DNA of 64,000 bases. Origin: Eledone cirrhosa. Its lineage: Eukaryota. The notes under the pieces are model-generated. The model was not told the origin of the DNA. It ran no database searches and saw nothing but the letters and a program-made list of their open reading frames with translations. Where the stretch lies: NCBI GenBank assembly GCA_964016885.1, contig OZ024765.1, positions 4,650,001 through 4,714,000 on the forward strand, in the 5' to 3' direction. Positions 54,135 to 64,000 of the stretch are shown piece after piece (positions within the stretch are counted from its first letter, which is position 1; the number at the start of each line of letters is the position of its first letter). Position numbers and translations under genes: made by a program.

Positions 54135-54424
54135 GTTGGTGATAGTTGTAAAGAATTCTCTATTAAGGCCATGTGTGCACGCTTGACTGGCTTGGCACCC
54201 TCAGGTCAGACTGCCTTCTTACTCCTCTTTGTCGTTCAAACCTGTTCAGTCTCCCACCACTATGAAGGAATATATCTATGTACACGACATTCCAGATCAC
54301 TGACCATTCCCCGTGACAGACAAGAAAAACAACACATTTTTAGGATTATTTGCTTTGATATTTCTGCTTGTTTTGTTTTGACTGCCTGCCCATATATGGA
54401 CTGTACCTCTTGGTAAGTTCAGCT

Positions 54425-54925
<501 letters not shown>

Positions 54926-55047
54926 AATTATATATATATATACACACATATATATATATATATGTGTGGACCTGTTATTTTTCTCTTAAAACATTTTTTC
55001 TAATTCCACCCTGCTCATCCTTTCAATCTATCTAATTTCTCATTTTT

Positions 55048-55083
55048 TCTTCTAATGAAGGACTAGCGTCCGAAACGTTAAGA
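55048..55083 (+). ncRNA. Minimal hammerhead ribozyme (G5>A core mutation)
   Basis: TCTT-CTaATGA-A-GGAC-tagc-GTCC-GAAA-CGT-T-AAGA; palindromic stem III AACGTT. Confidence 0.65.
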
Positions 55084-55184
55084 CCCTCTTCCTGCTGTTT
55101 CAAGTGTTAAACTCATATATTCCTTCCATATACTGTACCGATTGTGTTGTTATTTCTGTTTACCTTTTACATGCATACACACTC

Positions 55185-55248
<64 letters not shown>

Positions 55249-55340
55249 GTATATATATATATATGTGTGTTTATATATTTGTAAGTGTATATATGTGTTT
55301 GTATGTATAGATGGATGCATGTAATTTTATGTGTATGTGC

Positions 55341-55379
<39 letters not shown>

Positions 55380-56740
55380 AAAATGATGTCCTACACGAGT
55401 GAAAGTATAAGGAAAAGAAATTGAAAATGCAACTGGAGTCATTTTAAGAATATTTATTTGTTTCCTTTACCGGTTTCACAGTTCTTATGCGTTTCAAAAG
55501 TAGAATTGAGATGGAGGGTTTGTGGTTTTTCTAGCATCTGGTTGGTGTTCAAATATTACTTATGTTTCATGTGGAAAAAAGTGGCTCGAATTATTGGGTT
55601 TTTTAAAAAATAATTTGGTTGGTTGATGACTCTCACGTCAATAAGTAGAATAAATTTTGCGCCAGTTCGCGTTAAAAAGTTTTTATTGCATTTTCCTTTA
55701 AAAATGTGGTTCAAAAGTAAAATTTGGTTGGTTGATGACAGTCACGTGAATAAGCACACCAACTTTCGTTTCAGTTCATGTTTGAGGGTTGTTTATTGCC
55801 ATTTTCACTTTAAAATGTGGCTCAAATTGTTGTTTTTTTCATAAATATAATTTGGTTGGTTGATGACTGAATAAGTACATCAAATTTCCAGCCAGTTCGT
55901 GTTTGGGTTTCTTTATTGCCATTTTCACAGTCACATGATTTGTCATAGAGAGTTTTGTGCCAAACAAAAGATAATGGTGAAGAAATGGGATGGGTGGAAA
56001 TCTTTCTGGTTCAGTGAGTATGGCTGATGTGTTGAGGTGTCAGAATTCAGACTTTCTATTAAAATAAATTGAATGTTTGTGCTGATAGTGGTGGTGGTGT
56101 TGGCAGCAGGGTAGAAAATAGAAATATATTTGTTATTTGTGTAATGATCATTGTGTAATGATTCCATTAGTGGCAATGGAGAAGGGTGTTATGTGTGTGT
56201 GGGTGGGGTATGGTAAGCATGTTAAGGTGTTAAAATATATATTGTTAAAATATATTTTGTTAAAGTATATTTAGCTCTGGTCTTTTATAATCGAATTTAG
56301 AAGAGGGTGTTATGTATGTGTCTGTGTGGCTGTTTAGCATGTTATGGTGTTAACATAATGTATATTAAACTATATTTAATTGTTTCTACTCTTGGCACAA
56401 GGCCAGCAATTACCCAGTACATTACTGGTACTTTATTTTATCGATCCCATAAGGATGAAAGGCAAAGTAAACCTCGGCGGGATTTGAACTCAGACCGTAA
56501 AGGGACGTAACTATGCTGGAAAGCATGGCGTCCGACTCTCTACTGATACTGCCATGCTGGTCTATATTTTTGAATAAACATATTTTCCTTATTTATTCGT
56601 ATTTGGTCTGTTGTATTGTCAGTGCAAAGACAAAGTGGGAAGACTTGGAATTTGGGTGTCCTATCGCTTGCGCATATGTCTAGATGAGGACTGAGCAGTA
56701 TCTGTCTTGTGGTAGGATCTCGTAATTGTTGGCGATGAAT
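55380..56740 (-). mobile_element. Penelope-like element 3' remnant: GIY-YIG C-terminus (56740-56555 and 56379-56365) plus probable 3'UTR
   Basis: Hand translation HRQQLRDPTTRQILLSPHLDICASDRTPKFQVFPLCLCTDNTTDQIRINKENMFIQKYRPA|LNIV*; minus-strand GAAACCGGTA..AATAAA near 55460; left boundary inferred. Confidence 0.7.
56378..56554 (-). mobile_element. SINE family B inserted in the Penelope ORF
   Basis: Reverse complement of consensus, between the PA and LN codons. Confidence 0.9.
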
Positions 56741-56761
56741 TCATTAATTTCAAAACGTAAC

Positions 56762-56835
56762 TATTTCATCTGATGAACGAGCTAGACATTTGTGTAAAGG
56801 TTGTCTAGTTTCCTGAAACCTTTGGTAATGGAATA
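56762..56835 (+). ncRNA. Type I hammerhead ribozyme with intact catalytic core
   Basis: TATTTCAT-CTGATGA-[GAGCTAGACA..TGTCTAGTTT]-GAAA-CC-ttt-GG-TA-ATGGAATA; 8-bp stem I, GUA cleavage triplet. Confidence 0.75.
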
Positions 56836-57307
56836 ATTATATTGTGTTGTTTACTGTGTAATTACACACACACACATACACACACACACACACATATAAA
56901 TATACATGCAGGGGCTGGCTGGTTCCTGCATAATCATCATCATCATCATCATCATTTTACGTCTGCTTTTCCCTACTTGCAAGGGTGGGACCTTCATGAA
57001 AAGAAAATCTTTTTTCAGGGAAATTATTAGATTTTTCCAAATTTAAAGGTTTCTTAGGAACTTTCAAAGTTTATTTTAGGTGTTGCCATCTGAAGGGCTC
57101 AGGTTATCATAACTGATAGTCCCCAGTGAAATATGTATAACAGAGTTTTAAATAAACCTGAATCAACTGAATATGGCCTCAGATCTTTTATTAATTTATA
57201 ATGCTCCGACTTGCACCATTTATACAGGTCATTGAGTCCTTCTTTTTATCTGCTTCACAACCGACAAACCATAATGTGATCCGCACATCCCTGTTCTGTT
57301 AACCCCT

Positions 57308-57341
<34 letters not shown>

Positions 57342-57409
57342 ATATATATATAATATAAATCTAAACTATAATAAAGGAAGGTCTGCGGGACTGCATATGG
57401 TTTATTTTA

Positions 57410-57440
57410 TTATTACTACTACTCTACTACTACTACCACC

Positions 57441-57482
<42 letters not shown>

Positions 57483-57535
57483 GCTACTAATACAGTAGTA
57501 GTAGTAGTAGTAGCTGTATTAGTAGCAGTACCACC

Positions 57536-57572
<37 letters not shown>

Positions 57573-57674
57573 TTACCACTACTGCTACTAATACAGTAGT
57601 AGTAGTAGTAGTAGTAGCTGTATTAGTAGCAGTACTACTACTACTGCTACTACTACCACTACTGCTACTAATAC

Positions 57675-57706
<32 letters not shown>

Positions 57707-57800
57707 CTGTATTAGTAGCAGTACCACCACCACCACCACTACTACTACTACTACTATTACCACTACTACCACCATCACTACCACTACTACTAACCACTAC
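57410..57800. repeat. (TAC)n/(TAG)n tract with three embedded hairpins
   Basis: TACTGCTACTAATACAG-(TAG)n-CTGTATTAGTAGCAGTA three times. Confidence 0.85.
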
Positions 57801-58129
57801 TTTATTTTCTTTCCCTGTCTTCCAAGATTTCAGACTGCCTAGCAGGCAACATACTTTCTACAGCTTCACATCTTCAAATAGAAACCAACCAGATGACTAG
57901 AAAGTAAAAAAATCATATCTTCAAACCATTTGCACTAATAAGTTATTCTAATCAAACTTCTGACTCTTTTCATGGCAAGCAAACAACCAAACATAATCTT
58001 GTGGTGAGTGTCTTGTAAATACTTCACTGCTGTTAATCAACTAATCAGCTTCACTGAACTAATATCAGTACATTTTTTACATTTTATGTATATATGTATG
58101 TGTATATATATGTGAGTGCGTGTGTGTAA

Positions 58130-58166
<37 letters not shown>

Positions 58167-58247
58167 CACACAAGTTAATATATGAGCTATTTCATTGTAA
58201 AGGACTGCCTGAGTTTTGAACTCATTATTAATAGTATATATATATAT

Positions 58248-58858
58248 GTCAGGTCACCAGTTGGTGCTACTGGTAACATGTATCCCAGTACAACCTGTCT
58301 CATGGTCGGGTCGTTGGCGACTAAACTGGCAACCCCCACCAAGGTTTCTTGGTGAGGAGGGTGACTTTGGACATCCTGCAGGACTAAAAACAAAACCTGT
58401 CAAAGGGCAAGGGAGCTCTTAAGAGTCAATAGCCATCCAAAATCACCGGGAGAGATGACCCCTTAGCCTTTGTCAAGGCAGAATTCTAGGAGAAGGAAAA
58501 CTCTGATATAACACCTGCAACCCTGATGGTATCCAATGATGTTGACTTGTTCTTCTTTTTGGTAAATATCATCTTGGTTAAGAGAGTGGGACTGGCTTTG
58601 TGCAGTGCCTTTGCTCACTATAAAAGCTTCACGGCACAGGCATTGCTTTATATCTGGAGATCTCTCTGCACTTGTCATCACATGGTACCATGGGCCCTGC
58701 ACTATGTGTCAATAATGGTCACAAGTGTAGCCTTTGTACCAGAGTTTTCAAGTCGCTGGCTGGACTAAAAAGTCGCATTCATTCAGCGCATCGGTAGGGG
58801 TTCTCCTACATGGATATAAAGTAGTGGCCGTACTCGAAAACGAGTTGGCAGCCACCAT
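58248..58858 (+). mobile_element. Non-coding retrotransposon-5'UTR-like repeat (copy 3, uninterrupted)
   Basis: (TA)n on both sides; TCTAGGAGAAGGAAAACTCTGAT motif; ends TACTCGAAAACGAGTTGGCAGCCA. Confidence 0.65.
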
Positions 58859-58873
58859 ATATATATACTTTTT

Positions 58874-59195
<322 letters not shown>

Positions 59196-59542
59196 ATCAT
59201 CATCATCATCATCATCATCATTTTACGTCCGCTTTTCCCTGCTTGCTAGGGTGGGACGAGAACTAATTCTGGCTTGATTTCTACAGCTGGATGCCCTTCC
59301 TAACACCAACCTCATTTACAGTGAGTGCTGGGTGCTTTATTGCCGTGGCACCTCCACGACCACTTTGCAGTGGAATGATATGGACCCCAGTCCTATCATC
59401 TCATTTCTACAGCTGAGTAAACTGGAGCAATGTGAAATAAAGTGTCTTGCTCAAGGAAACAACACATCACCCGGTCTGAGAGTTGAACTCACAACCTTTC
59501 GATTGCAACGCCAATGCTCTAACCACTAAGCCATGTGCCTCC
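59196..59542 (-). mobile_element. SINE family A
   Basis: Reverse complement of consensus. Confidence 0.9.
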
Positions 59543-59597
59543 ATATATAGATGTATATATAGATGTATATATGTATATATATAGATTGATGTATATG

Positions 59598-59750
59598 TGG
59601 TAATCTTTCATTTTAAGTATGTAAATAAAAAAATCCCTAACCCTAACCCTAGCCCTAACCCATGATATTTAAACTGATGGAAACCGAAACTTGGTGAAAT
59701 TTAAACATTCGCAAAGTTTTATTTTACGTACCTAAAAGGAAAGATTGCCG
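59598..59750. mobile_element. Short MITE with ~33-bp TIRs enclosing (CCCTAA)4
   Basis: GGTAATCTTTCATTTTAAGTATGTAAATAAAA vs TTTTATTTTACGTACCTAAAAGGAAAGATTGCC; telomere-like repeats 59635-59660. Confidence 0.75.
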
Positions 59751-59807
59751 TAAAGATATAGATGTATATATGTATATATATAGATATATGTGTTTATATA
59801 TATATAT

Positions 59808-60195
59808 ATCATCATCATCATCATCACGTTTTATGTCCGTTCTTCCATGCTAGCATGGGTTAGACGGGTTGTCTTGTTGTGGGCAGTGTCTGGTCAGCTG
59901 ACCATGCCTTGCTCATACAGGAACTGATTCTGGCTTGATTTTTACAGCTGGATGCCCTTCCTAACACCAACCTCATTTACAGTGAGTGCTGGGTGCTTTT
60001 TTGCCGTGGCACCTCCACGACTACTTTGCAGTGGGAGGGTGTGGGGGCATATTGTCTATATGCTTCAGCTTGTACCCATGGGAGGTCGAGTACTCTGTAT
60101 TACTGCGTGACGCCAGAGGTCACGGTCGTGTGTCATCGCCTTTGAGAGGTGTAATTGGGTAAGGTCGGCTTTTATCACCTCATCCCAGGTCTTCT
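59808..60195 (-). mobile_element. RTE 3' end with SINE-A-like 3'UTR
   Basis: KTWDEVIKAD..LWRHAVIQ then UTR; matches 16775-17150. Confidence 0.85.
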
Positions 60196-60499
60196 TATTC
60201 TATATAGAATAAAAGAGAAAACACAGGTAAGCATTAAAAAAAGGATTTTATCCAGGTATTTATGACCATTTCATTGGTAAGCGCAACCTTATATCGCTAT
60301 ACTGCAAATAGCAGCCACTCTATAATAACTGTTGTTCACCTCCAAATTTTCAAAAAAAGTAATGTTACTTGTAAAAGGTTCTTAATATATAAAAAAACAT
60401 TTTTTTGGAATCGTATTTACTATACTATATATGTGTGTGTGTATGTATATATATATGTATATATATATCTATGTGTATATACATATATATATATGTGTC

Positions 60500-60765
60500 T
60501 CATCATCATCATCATCATCATCATCGTTTAACGTCCATCTTCCACGCTTGCATGGGTTTGGATGGGAGTTTTCCCACTTGAGGCAAGAGTGGTTGTCTTG
60601 CTCGCATAGGACTGTCTGGCGGGTTTTCTACAGTTGGATGCCCTTCCTAACACCAACCACATTTACAGTGTGGGGCTGGGAGGTTTTTACCGTGTTACCT
60701 ACACGGCCACATTTGTTTCCGACTGGATGTTATGGTACCAACATAACTTCACATTTAAGGGGGTA
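60500..60765 (-). mobile_element. RTE 3'UTR fragment
   Basis: Near-identical to 35866-36038. Confidence 0.8.
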
Positions 60766-60819
60766 TATACATATATGTGTGTGTGTGTGTGTGTGTATAT
60801 ATACATATGTATATATGTC

Positions 60820-60856
<37 letters not shown>

Positions 60857-60966
60857 ATAAATACATATATATATACATACATATATGCATATACATTTAT
60901 ATATACATATATATATATACCCACACACACATATATATATGTATATATAAATATATATATATATAT

Positions 60967-61039
<73 letters not shown>

Positions 61040-61102
61040 TATATATATATACACACTCACAACACACACACACACATATATATATATATACACACACACA
61101 CA

Positions 61103-61184
<82 letters not shown>

Positions 61185-61542
61185 GATAGATATATAAGAT
61201 TGTTGTCTCAGCAAACATCTGTCTCAAAATTGATTTCATTTCCCAACATAAGGTGTTGTTATCAATGAATCTTTAATATGAAGAATATTAAGTTGGCAGC
61301 TGGCAGCACCAGATTCTTTATAGGAACTGTTAAATGCTAATGCTTTATTAGAATAGTATTATACCTTGCTTTCTCTAATTTATACCAGACTGTTTTATGT
61401 TGGAACCATTAACTATTTTATTACCATATTTCTTACAAAAGACGGTGCCTATGGTATTTATTTAAATAATCCAGAATTTGAAGGGATTTGGTTATATAAC
61501 TAACTTTCTTATTATTCAGCTGGTGTTTGGAACATAGCTTAA

Positions 61543-61763
61543 CCCTGTAGCATTTACATTATTCTATATCTACTATTGTATTTTCACAGTAAACACTTTA
61601 CCTTACATAAATATCTCACATAATATCGAATCTATGAGAATTTAATATTATTTATTTTGAGAACAATTCCTTGTCATAAGTATGAGCAACCAGTTACAGC
61701 CAGTTTGAACAGAATAAGGTGAGAGAATTCTAGCCAGATACAGCCGGTTTAAATGCTAAATGG
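61543..61763 (+). mobile_element. TTAA MITE, uninterrupted copy (~220 bp)
   Basis: TTAA|CCCTGTAGCATTTA...TAAATGCTAAATGG|TTAA; empty-site paralog at 63451-63480. Confidence 0.88.
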
Positions 61764-61937
61764 TTAACAAAGGTTCTTACATGAAATTATGATGGAAGGT
61801 TTTTAGATAAATATAAACTCTTTAACTCCACTGTTTGCATATTTTTAATGAAAGACACTATCTAAGGTTTGGAAAGTAACTTAACAAAGGTCCTCATATA
61901 AAATTATGCTGGTATGTCTTTAGATAAATATAAACAT

Positions 61938-63368
61938 TTTAACCTTTTGTTACCATATTTCTAATGAAAGACACTGTCTATGTCTTTAACCCTTTCATTA
62001 CCATATTTCTAATGAAAGACACTGTCTATGTCTTTAACCTTTCATTACCATATTTCTAATGAAAGACACTGTCTATGTCTTTAACCCTTTCATTACCATA
62101 TTTCTAATGAAAGACACTGTCTATGTCTTTAACCCTTCATTACCATGTTTCTAATGAAAGACACTGTCTATGTCTTTAACCCTTTCATTACCATATTTCT
62201 AATGAAAGACACTGTCTATGTCTTTAACCCTTTCATTACCATATTTCTAATGAAAGACACTGTCTATGTCTTTAACCCTTTCATTACCATATTTCTAATG
62301 AAAGACACTGTCTCTGTCTTTAACCCTTTCATTACTATATTTCTAATGAAAGACACTGTCTATGTCTTTAACCCTTTCATTACCATATTTCTAATGAAAG
62401 ACACTGTCTATGTCTTTAACCCTTCCATTACCATATTTCTAATGAAAGACACTGGTCTATGTCTTTAACCCTTTCATTACCATATTTCTAATGAAAGACA
62501 CTGTCTATGTCTTTAACCCTTTCATTACCATATTTCTAATGAAAGACACTGTCTATGTCTTTAACCCTTTCATTACCATATTTCTAATGAAAGACACTGT
62601 CTATGTCTTTAACCCTTTCATTACTATATTTCTAATGAAAGACACTGTCTATGTCTTTAACCCTTTCATTACCATATTTCTAATGAAAGACACTGTCTAT
62701 GTCTTTAACCCTTTCATTACCATATTTCTAATGAAAGACACTGTCTATGTCATTAACCCTTTCATTACCATATTTCTAATGAAAGACACTGTCTATGTCT
62801 TTAACCCTTCCATTACCATATTTCTAATGAAAGACACTATCTATGTCATTAACCCTTTCATTACCATATTTCTAATGAAAGACACTGTCTATGTCTTTAA
62901 CCCTTTCATTACCATATTTCTAATGAAAGACACTGGTCTATGTCTTTAACCCTTTCATTACCATATTTCTAATGAAAGACACTGTCTATGTCTTTAACCC
63001 TTCCATTACCATATTTCTAATGAACGACACTGCCTATGTCTTTAACCCTTTCATTACCATATTTCTAATGAAAGACACTGTCTATGTCTTTAACTCTTTC
63101 ATTACCATATTTCTAATGAAAGACACTGTCTATGTCTTTAACCCTTTCATTACCATATTTCTAATGAAAGACACTGTCTATGTCTTTAACCCTTTCATTA
63201 CCACATTTCTAATGAAAGACACTGTCTATGTCTTTAACCCTTTCATTACCATATTTCTAATGTAAGACACTGTCTGTCATTAACCCTTCCATTACCATAT
63301 TTCTAATGAAAGACACTGCCTATGTCATTAACCCTTTCATTACCATATTTCTAATGAAAGACACTGTC
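61938..63368. repeat. 48-bp minisatellite (~29 copies) from the end of an AT-rich dispersed repeat
   Basis: TAACCCTTTCATTACCATATTTCTAATGAAAGACACTGTCTATGTCTT; monomeric relatives at 61410-61500, 63370-64000 and inverted at 32940-33500, 37900-38090. Confidence 0.95.
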
Positions 63369-64000
63369 TCAGGTTTTCAAATAATTTTGAAAATAATCCA
63401 GAATCTAGAGAGATTTAGTAATATAAGAAACTTTCTCATTATCAAGCTGGTCTTTGGAACATAACTTAACAAAGGTTCTAACATAAAATTATGATGGAAA
63501 GATGTTTAGATAAATATAAACAGTATAACCCTTTCATTACTATATATCTAATGACAATATCTATGATTTTCAATTGTGATGGAAGATTTTTATTTAAATA
63601 TGAATCCTGTATTTCAATTGATTAACGGAGAATTTTGAGGTATTTACTAAAATTATTATTTCATTGTTAAGATAGTAACTTATATAGTTCTTATATAAAA
63701 TTATGCTGGAAGATTTTTATGGAAACCTTGTATTTCAATTAATCAAAGGATTTACTAAAATTATTAATTATAAATTATTTCATTATCAAGATAGTAACTT
63801 AACATATGGTTCTTATATATAATTACGTTGGAAGATTTTAATTTAAATAGAAACCTTGTATTTCAATTGATTAATAAGAATTTTGAAGGATTTTCTAAAA
63901 TTATTAATTATTTTGTTACTAAGATAGTAACTAAACATATGATTCTTATATATAATTATGTTGGAAGATTTTCATATAATTAGAAACCTTTCATTTAATG

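Noticed and set aside
59635-59660. True telomere or chromosome-fusion scar
   Set aside because: Only about four units, enclosed by TIRs.

Overview
AT-rich, repeat-saturated eukaryotic non-coding DNA with no intact protein-coding gene, rRNA, true tRNA or CRISPR array; nearly all listed ORFs are translations of (TA)n, (CA)n, (ATC)n, (GAA)n or minisatellite arrays. The SINE repertoire and microsatellite load suggest an octopus or other coleoid cephalopod (inference). The window holds many tRNA-derived SINEs (at least 3-4 families), decayed RTE-clade LINEs (one lineage carries a PHD-like Cys/His insert in ORF2), an L1/Tx1-like endonuclease fragment, hAT, Tc2/pogo-like and TTAA (piggyBac-like) MITEs, and minisatellites visibly born from those elements. 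The least expected content is Penelope-like: a GIY-YIG C-terminal fragment next to a full-core type I hammerhead ribozyme (56762-56835), two minimal hammerheads that complement each other's mutations, and fold-back (palindromic-head) insertions in (TA)n tracts. A few unique islands carry transcription-factor motifs, notably a perfect ETS-CRE composite at 49254-49269. Coordinates were counted by hand; repeat boundaries are approximate.
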